From Chthonomonadales bacterium (GTDB lineage: Bacteria; Armatimonadota; Chthonomonadetes; Chthonomonadales; CAJBBX01), in contig JBMFSQ010000007.1 in the NCBI GenBank assembly GCA_049967475.1, positions 1 to 64,000 of the forward strand: DNA of 64,000 bases, given 5' to 3'. Under the pieces are notes generated by a model. The model did no database searches. It had not been told where the DNA came from and was given only the letters and a program-made list of their open reading frames with translations. A program made the position numbers and the translations under genes. Of the stretch, positions 1 through 9,432 are shown piece by piece (position 1 is the stretch's first letter; every line of letters begins with the position of its first letter).

Positions 1-204
1 GCTGCGGGTGATGGGAGGGCGATCTGCGGACTGTGGAGGCCCGCATGGGCAGGCTTGCTCGGGCAGCACGGGCTCGGTGCGGCGGACGTATACGGGGCAG
101 GTCCTTTTCCTCATGAAGGATTAGGCTTCACCGGGATTGAACCATTAATCCGCGCGATGCGTGCGCTCCGTTGCAGGCAAGAGTTCGCTTCAAAGGAGAT
201 TACG

Positions 205-732
205 ATGGAACGAGGAGTTCGATTGGGTGTTTGCGCGGTATTGATGGTTGTTCTTGGCGCACAGGGTCTTAGGGCGGATGTGACGGCGGTGCGCAAGGCG
301 CTTTCCGCGCGGTACGCTGCGAGCGATGCCGCCCTGCGCAAGAAAGACGCCCGCGTGCTTATGGGGATGGTGACGCCGGACTTTACGGTGAAGACGGCCG
401 CCGGGCAAACGCTTACTGCGAAGCAGCTTCCGGCTCTGTTGGAGCAGGAATTTGCTGCGATCAAGGAGATCAAGGACAGCCGCTGGCGTATTCTCGACTT
501 GAAGGTGAAGGGCAACGTGGCCACGGTGAAGATGACCCAAACGCTGTCGGGAGTGATTTTAGGGCAGGATCAGAAGACGCACACTCTCAGCTCTACAAAC
601 GTGTCTGTGGACACATGGGTTCGCACATCTGCAGGATGGAAGCTTCGCAAGAGCGTGGAGCTATCGGAGAAGACGTTGGTGGATGGGAAGCCCGTGACAC
701 AGGGTGGTGGAGAACCATCCGGGAAGCGCTGA
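205..732 (+). CDS. Secreted NTF2-like / DUF4440-type protein
   Basis: AAGGAG RBS before ATG at 205; signal-peptide-like N-terminus (MERGVRLGVCAVLMVVLGAQGLRA); NTF2/SnoaL-type C-terminal 'DTWVRTSAGWKL'. Confidence 0.65.
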   Translation: MERGVRLGVCAVLMVVLGAQGLRADVTAVRKALSARYAASDAALRKKDARVLMGMVTPDFTVKTAAGQTLTAKQLPALLEQEFAAIKEIKDSRWRILDLKVKGNVATVKMTQTLSGVILGQDQKTHTLSSTNVSVDTWVRTSAGWKLRKSVELSEKTLVDGKPVTQGGGEPSGKR

Positions 733-756
733 TTGTCGCGCCGGCTTGCCCGCCGA

Positions 757-1650
757 CTACACCTTAGGCCAGGAAGTCTTGACGGCGTAGGTGCCGTCGG
801 GCAGCTCCAGAACGTCATAGTCCCCAAATAAATAGGGATCTATTTGGGAGAGGCATTGATAGGTCCTAAAAGCTAAGGTGCGGATTTCGATCTCGGCGTG
901 GGGATTTGCTCTCATCTCTATGAAGTGACGCCACGCTCTGGCATTTGCCGTTACGGTTATGGGGGCTTCCGTTTCGTTGGGAAGCAGAGAACGTGCAGCC
1001 TGTTGTACTTTCTTGCGAAGATCCGTTTTGGCTTCCGCACTGAGGATTGCCGAACCTTCTTTTTGCCGCTTAAGCAGAGCTTCAGCCAGATCGGTATATT
1101 CCTGGTAGGCTCTGTCTATTCTAGCTTCAAAGAGAGCGTGGAGATCTTCTTCTTGAGCGTATTCCGGCCTTTCGACAAACCTCAGAACGCGCCCCGATAC
1201 GTATCTTTGACTTACCTGTGAGAAACCGAACCCGGCTCTGTGGCGCACCAGCTCATGGGTTACGCTTCTGGAGATGCCGTAGAATAAGAACGTGTAGTTC
1301 GCGTGTTCGAGAACCGATCCGTGACCGCTCTCTTTGATGTTGTCGAAGTATCGTCCTGCTCGGGCGTTGGGGGTCCGTTTAGGCCCGAAGCTCATGTAGC
1401 AAAGTTGTCCGGCCAACTTGCAGAGTTGTGCTCCCGGCGGCAACACATCAGGATCCTGCAAGTAGGTGCTGAAACCTAAGCTCACATCAAACCCTTCTAG
1501 GAATTCGCGGAGACCCTCTATGGAAACTTCGGGCTTGGCAATGAGGTGTACGCCAGGGGCCCGCAGGTAGGGAGTTCCCAGGCGCGTTCTGAAGACGCGT
1601 GATGGAATGTACGGGAACCCCGAAGCTTGTTGAACGATCTCATCCTCCAC
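757..1650 (-). CDS. thyX: FAD-dependent thymidylate synthase
   Basis: GHGSVLEHA, SRSVTHELVRHR...SQVSQRYV, ARSLLPN, NARAWRHFIEMR and HAEIEIR motifs; GGAGG RBS before GTG. Confidence 0.95.
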   Translation of the reverse strand: MEDEIVQQASGFPYIPSRVFRTRLGTPYLRAPGVHLIAKPEVSIEGLREFLEGFDVSLGFSTYLQDPDVLPPGAQLCKLAGQLCYMSFGPKRTPNARAGRYFDNIKESGHGSVLEHANYTFLFYGISRSVTHELVRHRAGFGFSQVSQRYVSGRVLRFVERPEYAQEEDLHALFEARIDRAYQEYTDLAEALLKRQKEGSAILSAEAKTDLRKKVQQAARSLLPNETEAPITVTANARAWRHFIEMRANPHAEIEIRTLAFRTYQCLSQIDPYLFGDYDVLELPDGTYAVKTSWPKV

Positions 1651-1706
1651 TTTTGCCTCCGTTGGCCGGTTTGCGCACCCGCTGAACCCTAGACCGTCAC
1701 GACCTG

Positions 1707-1851
1707 CCTTGATGCGTCGCGGCCATGGCGCTGCCTGCAGCGGAGGATCGCGGCGGGCGCTGCCGTTCCGGTTGGGTTGATCCGGTTACCTCCAAACCCT
1801 TCGTATGGGAAAGGCATTCAAGGCTCCATGCAACACGCGACGGGATCAAGG
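1707..1851 (+). ncRNA. Putative structured RNA, long irregular hairpin (6S RNA-like candidate)
   Basis: Nested complementary segments: 1707-13/1845-51, 1715-21/1836-42, 1724-28/1826-30, 1732-36/1812-16, 1742-46/1789-93, plus two apical hairpins. G-U wobbles favour the + strand. The ends resemble the 6S closing stem. Confidence 0.4.
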
Positions 1852-1857
1852 TCCGTA

Positions 1858-4590
1858 TCATGGGGTTCTGGAAGTAAAGTGGTAGCGCCCGGATCTTACT
1901 TCCACCACCACGACGCCAGGTTCGCTTCTCAGTAATTGAACGCCCGCTGCTCGCGAGGCCGGGCGGCCACCCTCCAGGACGACGGTGTTCTTCGCTGCGG
2001 GGATCCAAAGGGTTGCCGTCGCATTCACGGGGACCTCCACATCCCATCGGAAGAGGCCGTTATGGACGTTCCAGCGGCTTTCTATACGGCCATACGGAGA
2101 GAAGTGCACTGCCCAAGCTCTGCCGATTTTCATCACGGCGCGGGGGTGCATCAGGATGTGCCGGAACCCCGGGCGTGCCGGATCCGGCGCGATACCGGCC
2201 ACATCCTCGTAGAGCCATGTGAGCAGGTCGCCTACGAGCATGACGTGGTTGTACGAGTTCATCGCCGGGTCTGCGGTGTCGCCGTTCCAGAGTTCCCATA
2301 TTGTGGTGGCGCCCTTCCGGATCATGTGTCCCCAGCTCGGGTATTGCATGCGGTTGGCCAGCGCCCAGGCCACATCTGCGTGCCCGCATCGTGAGAGTGT
2401 CTGCATCAGCCATTGGCATCCGATCAATCCCACGCCGATTTCAGGGGAACCCTTGTGCTCGATCTGGCGGACCAGTTGAGCGCATAGCCGTTGCCGGTTT
2501 TGGATGGGCGCGAGACCGAGCGCGAGGGGCAGCAGTGTTGATGTTTGGGAGCCGTTGCCATAGCGGTCGAGGACCGGCTGGAAGAAGCGCTGGTTGAAGG
2601 CTTGCTGAATTCGGTGCGCCAGATCCTCGTAGGCCTGTGCATCGGAAGGGGCTCCCGCCAGCTTCGCATATCGGGCAAGGAGCTTCAGATCGTACCAATA
2701 GTAGGCCGTTGCGATGAGCGTGCCGTCGGTGAGGCGTGCAGGGTCAAGGGTATGGATAAGGTTCGGCGCTTCCGGGGGGACGCACCAATCCCCATAACTA
2801 TCCCTGGGCATCAAATCGCCGGCCAGGTACCGCTCCATGTGATGCACCCAGCGCTTCATTGCGGCATAATTAGCGCGGATTGCGGCGGCGTCACCATACT
2901 GGTCGTAGAGCATGCCGGGGATGATGATGAAGGTACTAGGCCAGGTAACGTCGTCGTTGTAGAGCGTCCAATACGTAGGCGCCACGTCGGGGATGCTGCC
3001 GTCGGCCCGTTGTGCGTCTCTGATGTCGTCGAGCCAGCGGCTGTAGAAGGTGCTTACGTCGAACAGGTAGCTTTCGCCCCGCGATTCGGCGGAGCGGTCT
3101 CCAAGCCAACCCTGCCGCTCATCGCGCTGGGGGCAGTCAGTTGGGATGCTGCGGTAGTTGCCTCGGAAGGACCAGCGGATGTTGCGCCAGATGCGGTTGA
3201 CGAGTTTGCTGCCGCATGAGAAAGATCCTGCAGGCTGCAAGGCGTCGTGGACGACGCGGCCGACGATGGAGGGCGGGCGCTCGGAATGAGGCAGGCCGGA
3301 CACTTCCACATACCGGAAGCCATGATAGGTGAAGCGGGGTTCCCAAGTTTCGGTGGGCTTGCCGGCCAGGGTATACGTGTCGGTGGCTTTGGCTGAGCGC
3401 AGGTTCGCCACATAGAGCGTGCCGTCGGGGTTCAATCTTTCTGCATGCCGCAGTGTGACGGTGGCTCCCCTGGGACCGGCCACGCTTATGCGGCACCAGC
3501 CCACCATATTCTGCCCCATATCCACCAGCCAGGAGCCTGCGGTAAGGCGCTTCACGCGAACGGGGCGCAACGTTTGAACCACCCGGATCGGCGGAGCCAT
3601 TTGCGATCGGAGCACTCCGGACGGGCCCTCCACACGTTGAGCGGGCTGCCAGGAGCTGTCATCGAAATGGGGGCGGCACCAACCCGGCAATGCTTTGCGG
3701 GCATCGTACTGCTCGCCATCGTATTCGTTGTTTGCGCGGATGGGGCCATCGTCGGTGACGCGCCAATGTTCGTCGCTTACTACGAGCGTGCGAGACCCGT
3801 CGGGATGTTGCGCTTCGATTTGGAGGAGGAGTTTCGGATACCCGAAGCTGCGCGTGGCAATGGGCACTGTAAGGCGGGGAGCATAGTATCGGCCATTACC
3901 TAAAACAACACCCACGGCGTTGGCGCCCTTCTTCAGCAAGCGCGACACGTCAAATTCCACGTAAAACACGCGTTTGTCGTACTGGGAGAGGGCCGGATCC
4001 AGCACATGGTCGCCGACCTTTCGCCCGTTAAGATAGAGTTCGAAGAGGCCCAAACCGCATACATAGGCGCGGGCCCGCGTCACGGGCTTCTGGAGTATGA
4101 ACTCGCGCCTCAGCATGCGTGCGGGGAGGCGCCTTTCGGGGTCGCCGCCGCGCTCCAAGCCGATCCACTTTGCCTTCCAATCTCCTGGAGCGAGCAGGCC
4201 CATTTCCCAGCGGGCCGGGGCCGACCAGGGCGAAGGGCTTCCGTGAGCGTCCCAAACTCGAACTCGCCACCAGCACGTTTGGCGGCTCGCCAGGGGCTTT
4301 CCTGAATAGGGAATGAGCACGGATCGGCTGCTTCGAACGAGGCCGCTATCCCATAGGTCGCCGCGCAGATGCTCGAGGCCGGCGAGGGACGAGGCGACGA
4401 TCACGCGGTAGGCCTTTTGGATTTGGCATCGCCGGTTCGAATGCAGGATCCAGCTCAGGCGAGGTCTAGGAACATCCACTCCGAGCGGATCGGCAAGGTG
4501 CTCGCACTCGAGGTTGCCCACACTCAGGGCGGATGCCGCTTTGGCTGTGCCGAATGCGACGAGTACCAGGATAGGCAGAAGGCGCGTCAT
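1858..4590 (-). CDS. Secreted alpha-L-rhamnosidase, GH78
   Basis: SIPTDCPQRDERQGWLGD, GATTIWELWNG, MNSYNH motifs; signal peptide from ATG 4590 with GGAG upstream. Confidence 0.9.
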   Translation of the reverse strand: MTRLLPILVLVAFGTAKAASALSVGNLECEHLADPLGVDVPRPRLSWILHSNRRCQIQKAYRVIVASSLAGLEHLRGDLWDSGLVRSSRSVLIPYSGKPLASRQTCWWRVRVWDAHGSPSPWSAPARWEMGLLAPGDWKAKWIGLERGGDPERRLPARMLRREFILQKPVTRARAYVCGLGLFELYLNGRKVGDHVLDPALSQYDKRVFYVEFDVSRLLKKGANAVGVVLGNGRYYAPRLTVPIATRSFGYPKLLLQIEAQHPDGSRTLVVSDEHWRVTDDGPIRANNEYDGEQYDARKALPGWCRPHFDDSSWQPAQRVEGPSGVLRSQMAPPIRVVQTLRPVRVKRLTAGSWLVDMGQNMVGWCRISVAGPRGATVTLRHAERLNPDGTLYVANLRSAKATDTYTLAGKPTETWEPRFTYHGFRYVEVSGLPHSERPPSIVGRVVHDALQPAGSFSCGSKLVNRIWRNIRWSFRGNYRSIPTDCPQRDERQGWLGDRSAESRGESYLFDVSTFYSRWLDDIRDAQRADGSIPDVAPTYWTLYNDDVTWPSTFIIIPGMLYDQYGDAAAIRANYAAMKRWVHHMERYLAGDLMPRDSYGDWCVPPEAPNLIHTLDPARLTDGTLIATAYYWYDLKLLARYAKLAGAPSDAQAYEDLAHRIQQAFNQRFFQPVLDRYGNGSQTSTLLPLALGLAPIQNRQRLCAQLVRQIEHKGSPEIGVGLIGCQWLMQTLSRCGHADVAWALANRMQYPSWGHMIRKGATTIWELWNGDTADPAMNSYNHVMLVGDLLTWLYEDVAGIAPDPARPGFRHILMHPRAVMKIGRAWAVHFSPYGRIESRWNVHNGLFRWDVEVPVNATATLWIPAAKNTVVLEGGRPASRAAGVQLLRSEPGVVVVEVRSGRYHFTSRTP

Positions 4591-4732
4591 GAGCATCGCT
4601 CCATCAGGTTGGGCTGGGCGGCTCCGCTGAGCGCGCAAGGGTAACCCCAAGGGCGTGCCACTGCGCAAATGCCGACAGGCGGCCATCGGCGGGCAGCAGG
4701 CGCTGCGGGGGGTTACAAGGGGCATCATTCCC

Positions 4733-7700
4733 TCAATCCGGATAGTGGCAGAACTTATATTTCTTGCCGCTGCCGCACCAGCAGGGGTCGTTGCGCCCGG
4801 GCTTGCGTTTCTGTCGGACCGTTTGTGTCGCCTGGCCGGACCCTTGGGCTTCGGCTTCGAGGTTGGTCCAGCTTTGGTATTGGCGGCGGGGACGCTGCTC
4901 TTGTACGATCTGCACGTGGAACATGAAGCGGGCGATCTCGTCCTGGATGGCGTGCTGCATATTCTCGAACATTTCGAAGGCTTCTTTCTGGTAAACCACC
5001 AGCGGATCCTGCTGGGCATAACCGCGCAGGCCGATGCCTTCCCTAAGGTAGTCCATGTTGGCGAGATGTTCCATCCACTTGTTGTTGATGGCCTGCAGGG
5101 CTACTCTGCGTTCCAACTCCCGCATGGCGTTGGGATCGCCCAGGGTTTCACCGATTTCGCGCTCTTTATCTTCATAGGCCTTCTCGATGAGGTTCGAGAG
5201 GAAGTCCGTCAGTTCGTCGCGCGATTTCCCCTCCAGGTCGGCGGGTTTTGCGTAGAGGGAGAGTGGGAAGTATTGGTCGAGGCCTTCATAGAGTTCGTGG
5301 AGATCCCATTCGGCAGGGTTGGAGGGGTCGGGGCAGAACATGATTACGGCATCGGCCACGGTTTGGCGGAGGAAGCCGACGATGGTTTCGCGGAGGTCGG
5401 CGCCTTCCAGGATGCGGCGCCGCTCCCGGTAAATCACCTCCCTCTGTTTGTTCATGACATCGTCATACTGAAGGACCTGTTTGCGCGCCTCGAAGTGGTA
5501 CTCTTCCACCTTCTTTTGGGCGCGTTCGATCATACGAGAAAGGATCTTGGCATCCATGGCCTGATCTTCGGGCCAGGTGCGCAGGAGGGGGTGCTGGCTG
5601 CGGTCTCCGAAGAGGCGCCAGAGTTCATCTTCAAGGGACACGAAGAAGCGGCTTTCGCCGGGGTCTCCCTGGCGGCCGGCGCGGCCTCGGAGCTGATTGT
5701 CTATCCTGCGGCTCTCGTGGCGCTCGGTTCCCAGGATGTAGAGGCCGCCCAGTGCGCGCACTTCGTCGGCGGCTTTTTGCCACTCCTCGCCGGTAAGTGA
5801 GGTTGTAACGCTGTCCAGCACGGAGGGTTTGCCTCCGCGGCGATAGCTCAGCGCGGGTTCGCTTTCTCCTTCGGCGGATTGAGAAGTTGCTTCCGGGGGC
5901 GGGAGTTCCTGCTCATGGGGTTTGCCGCCCAGGAGGATATCTACTCCTCGGCCCGCCATATTTGTTGCGATGGTTACGGCGCCCTTGCGACCGGCTTCGG
6001 CGATGATGATGGCTTCCTTTTCGTGGAACTTGGCGTTGAGAATGTTGTGCGGAATAGTATGGCGCAGCGCCTCGTCTATGCGGCCTAGGACCTCTTCGCT
6101 ATCGGGGAGCTCCAGCATCTGTGCGATGGCGCGGAGGTTCTCTTCGGCAAGGGGATCGGGGTTCACGCCGAATTGGCGCGCCAGCGGCGCAAGTTTGTTC
6201 ACGGTCAGGGTGTCCAGATCCTGATTGAGCAGAGCCGTGTAGCGGTCGCGCGTCTCGCGGTCCAGCCCTTTGGCAGCCTCCAGTTTGGGGCGGATGAGGG
6301 AGATCATGGCGAGGGTTTGGAGGCTTGTGGATGTAATGCGGTTGGACACCTTCTCGGACATTTCGATGGAGCGGGTGCCCACCAGAACGGGCTGCTGCTT
6401 GGCGTAGAGGCGAAGGATCTCGGCGGCGATGCCGCGGAACTTGTGCTCTTGCTTTTTATAGATCACGTCCGGATGGTCAATCCGGATCATGGGCTTGTTC
6501 GTGGGCACTACGACTACGTCCAGGCCATAGATCTTGCGGAATTCATCTTCTTCGGTTTTGGCGGTGCCCGTCATACCGGCGAGCTTCAGGTAGAGGCGGA
6601 ACAGGTTCTGGAAGGTGATGGTGGCGAGGGTTTGGGATTCATGTTTGATGGGCACGCCTTCTTTTGCTTCGATGGCTTGATGGAGGCCGTCGGAGTACCT
6701 GCGGCCGAACATAAGGCGGCCGGTAAACTCATCAACGATGATGATTTCGCCATCCTTCACTACGTAGTCAATATCCCGCTTGAAGAGGGCATGGGCTTTC
6801 ATGGCAGCGGTAACGTAGTGCATCAGGCGCGGATCGTCTGCCAAGTTCTTCACGCCCAGCATCATCTCGATTTTGGCGATGCCTGCATCGGTGGGCGACA
6901 CCGTTTTCTGCTTCTCATCCACCAAGTAGTGAATGTTGGGATTGTTGCGGTCGTGGGTCGGGTCGTCGCGCTCCTTTTGGTCCTTGGCTTCCTTTCCGGC
7001 GCGGAGGGTGCGCACGACCTTGTCCACCTCGTAGTACATGGAGGTGTCCTCTTCCACGAAGCCTGAGATGATGAGGGGGGTGCGGGCCTCGTCTATGAGG
7101 ATGGAGTCCACTTCGTCCACGATGGCGTAATGGAGGTCACGCTGGACGAGATCCTCTTTGTCGAAGGCCATGTTGTCGCGGAGGTAGTCGAAGCCGAACT
7201 CGTTGTTGGTACCGTAGGTGATGTCGCAGGCGTACGCTTCGCGGCGTGTGATGGGTCGGCAGTATGTGAAGCGCGGGTCCGGATCTTCATAATCGGGGTC
7301 ATAGATATAGGAGCCGCCCTCGTCTCCGGTTTCGGGGCTTTGGCCCTGGATGATGCCTACGGTCATCCCAAGGAGGTGGTAGATGGGCCCCATCCACACG
7401 GCGCCTACTTTGGAAAGATAGTCATTTGCCGTTACGAGGTGGGCTCCTTTGCCTGCCAAGGCGTTGAGGTACAAGGGGAGTGTGGCCATGAGGGTTTTGC
7501 CCTCACCCGTTTTGAGTTCGGCGATGCGGCCGTCATGGGCGACCATTCCTCCGATGAGCTGCACGTCGAAATGGCGTTGGCCCAGCGTGCGTTTGGCGGC
7601 TTCACGCACTACGGCGAAGGCTTCGGGCAGGATGGCGTCCAGAACTTCATCCAGCGCCCGGCGGGTTTTGTCCCGGCGTTCTGATTCCAGGATGCCGTCA

Positions 7701-7894
7701 CGCTCGAGGGCGGCCATCTTCTTGGCCCATTCGCTCTGCACGTAGGCGCGGAACTCATCGGTCTTATCCCGGAGCTGGGTGTTGGTGAGGCGCTGTATCT
7801 CGGGCTCGAGGGCGTTGATTTTCTCGACTACCATGCGGTAGCGTGCGATATCGCGCTCGTTCGAGTCGAAGAGTTTGCGGAGGATGGCGACCAT
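4733..7894 (-). CDS. secA: Preprotein translocase subunit SecA
   Basis: LKTGEGKTL Walker A, DEVDSILIDEARTPLIISG, ATNMAGRG, RRIDNQLRGRAGRQGDPG, C-terminal SEC-C motif GRNDPCWCGSGKKYKFCH; start moved to ATG 7894 after GAGG. Confidence 0.98.
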   Translation of the reverse strand: MVAILRKLFDSNERDIARYRMVVEKINALEPEIQRLTNTQLRDKTDEFRAYVQSEWAKKMAALERDGILESERRDKTRRALDEVLDAILPEAFAVVREAAKRTLGQRHFDVQLIGGMVAHDGRIAELKTGEGKTLMATLPLYLNALAGKGAHLVTANDYLSKVGAVWMGPIYHLLGMTVGIIQGQSPETGDEGGSYIYDPDYEDPDPRFTYCRPITRREAYACDITYGTNNEFGFDYLRDNMAFDKEDLVQRDLHYAIVDEVDSILIDEARTPLIISGFVEEDTSMYYEVDKVVRTLRAGKEAKDQKERDDPTHDRNNPNIHYLVDEKQKTVSPTDAGIAKIEMMLGVKNLADDPRLMHYVTAAMKAHALFKRDIDYVVKDGEIIIVDEFTGRLMFGRRYSDGLHQAIEAKEGVPIKHESQTLATITFQNLFRLYLKLAGMTGTAKTEEDEFRKIYGLDVVVVPTNKPMIRIDHPDVIYKKQEHKFRGIAAEILRLYAKQQPVLVGTRSIEMSEKVSNRITSTSLQTLAMISLIRPKLEAAKGLDRETRDRYTALLNQDLDTLTVNKLAPLARQFGVNPDPLAEENLRAIAQMLELPDSEEVLGRIDEALRHTIPHNILNAKFHEKEAIIIAEAGRKGAVTIATNMAGRGVDILLGGKPHEQELPPPEATSQSAEGESEPALSYRRGGKPSVLDSVTTSLTGEEWQKAADEVRALGGLYILGTERHESRRIDNQLRGRAGRQGDPGESRFFVSLEDELWRLFGDRSQHPLLRTWPEDQAMDAKILSRMIERAQKKVEEYHFEARKQVLQYDDVMNKQREVIYRERRRILEGADLRETIVGFLRQTVADAVIMFCPDPSNPAEWDLHELYEGLDQYFPLSLYAKPADLEGKSRDELTDFLSNLIEKAYEDKEREIGETLGDPNAMRELERRVALQAINNKWMEHLANMDYLREGIGLRGYAQQDPLVVYQKEAFEMFENMQHAIQDEIARFMFHVQIVQEQRPRRQYQSWTNLEAEAQGSGQATQTVRQKRKPGRNDPCWCGSGKKYKFCHYPD

Positions 7895-8109
7895 GGACAC
7901 CTCGAATGTTTAGGATCGGCCAGAGGCCGGTGCAGGCGCGTGCGGCTGAAGTTGGGCCGTGTCAACATCTGAAGCACGTTGTAGGGCGCCTGTTCCCGGC
8001 GCAAACGAATGTCGGGCGGGAGGCGTACAGGCCCGCTCGAGCCGTGCTTTGTTACGGAATAAGCCGCCGCCAACCCGGGGCGGGCGGAGCGGCGGCTCTA
8101 ATGCACCTC

Positions 8110-8118
8110 ATTATACCA
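8110..8118 (-). promoter_or_regulatory. Extended -10 promoter (TGGTATAAT), probably for secA
   Basis: Exact TGnTATAAT on the minus strand about 215 nt upstream of the secA start. Confidence 0.55.
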
Positions 8119-8152
8119 CGAAGGGGGCAGGGATCCGGGACATGGGCGTTCG

Positions 8153-9208
8153 CTATCGCGTGGGCCGGTGTACCCGGTGCACGGCGCAGCCAAAGGCAAG
8201 CGTGCTGGGCGTGGGCACGGATCTTCCCGCGAGAAGGGCATCGAGGGCATCCTTCAGATAGCGGCGCGTCACTCGGGCTTCGTCCTGATTGTCGTCTATG
8301 GCGCCGCGGTATACGGCGACACGGTCGCTGTTCATCACCCACACCGTAGGAGTTGCCTTGGCCTGGAAGTGGTCGGCAATGACGTTGCCTTCATCTTTGG
8401 CGACGGGGAAGGGGTATCGGTTCTGCCGGGCGTCGGCTTCGACTTCGGCCATGGGCTCGTCGGAATTGGAGTTTACCGCAAGGAAGGCAACATCGGCGTA
8501 CGCAGGATCGGCGGCAAGGTTCTTGAGGCGGCCCACATACGCTCTGGACACTGGGCAATTCTTGCTGACGAAAACGACCACATAGGCTTTTTTGGGCTCG
8601 GCGTAGAGTTGCACTGTGCGTCCTCCGACTGCCGGCAGTGAGAAGTCGGGAACGGGTTTACCGATCTCGGCCTTCCAATCCGAGAGGGCGAGAGCCAGGT
8701 TGAGGGCGTGGCGGCTGATGAGAACTCCCCCCTGGCGCACGAACTGGGCATTCACGGCGCGGTCAATGCTCATGATGCGCCCGGCGGGATCTATCACGAA
8801 GGTTACACGGTCCGCTACCCCGCTCTTGCCGAGGACGCCGTAGGCCAGGATCACTCGTTTGCCCGGATCGGCCAGGATGGGAAAATTCAAGTGGTACTTG
8901 GCAGCGAAGCTGCGGTGGGAGGCAACGTCGTCCGCACTGATGCCGTAGACCACGGCGTTGCGCTGCTGGAGCGTTGCAAGCTCATCGCGAAGGGCCTCCA
9001 TTTCGCAGGTACAGCCGGGCGTCATATCTTTGGGATAGAACGCCAGGATCGTGATCTTTCCTCGGCTGTCCGCAAGACGGTGGATCTTGCCGTCCTGATC
9101 CGGCAGGGCGAAATCCGGCGCCGGTTGCCCCACGCCCAAGTCCGCTGCGATGGAGGGACACGCAGCGAGCGTCCACAGCAAGAGGTTGAGAGTGGATAGA
9201 GCACGCAT
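8153..9208 (-). CDS. Secreted tandem peroxiredoxin/thioredoxin-fold protein (BCP/PrxQ domain plus AhpC/TSA-like domain)
   Basis: Domain 1 FYPKDMTPGC (PxxxTxxC); domain 2 FVSKNCPVS...YRGAIDD...AFGC; AGGAGG RBS and signal peptide. Confidence 0.8.
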   Translation of the reverse strand: MRALSTLNLLLWTLAACPSIAADLGVGQPAPDFALPDQDGKIHRLADSRGKITILAFYPKDMTPGCTCEMEALRDELATLQQRNAVVYGISADDVASHRSFAAKYHLNFPILADPGKRVILAYGVLGKSGVADRVTFVIDPAGRIMSIDRAVNAQFVRQGGVLISRHALNLALALSDWKAEIGKPVPDFSLPAVGGRTVQLYAEPKKAYVVVFVSKNCPVSRAYVGRLKNLAADPAYADVAFLAVNSNSDEPMAEVEADARQNRYPFPVAKDEGNVIADHFQAKATPTVWVMNSDRVAVYRGAIDDNQDEARVTRRYLKDALDALLAGRSVPTPSTLAFGCAVHRVHRPTR

Positions 9209-9432
9209 AAGAACCTCCTGGGCACAAAGGATCGAAGTAAGCGGTCGAGGCCGATGGGGCACGACCGCAATCACCAATCTGACGCAGGTTTATACGCGGC
9301 AACACCCTATTTGCATTCCCGCGTGCCGGCGTGTAAGGGAGGATGTATGCGCATCCCGGTGGAAGAACCCCATTGGCGCGACGCGGAAACGGATGCCGGC
9401 TGCGCCGGACGAATGGCGATGAGGAGGGCCAT

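Noticed and set aside
1651..1708. ykkC-like (CTAGGGTTC...ACGGAGG) and cobalamin-like (GACCTGCC) fragments upstream of thyX
   Set aside because: Too short, the other conserved elements are missing, and GGAGG is simply the RBS
4591..5019. N-terminal extension of the 1053-aa GH78 ORF
   Set aside because: It overlaps the secA 3' end in another frame; the real start with RBS and signal peptide is at 4590
6056..6343. Intein in SecA
   Set aside because: No Cys/Ser start and no His-Asn end at the insert boundary; the nearby HN is native SecA sequence
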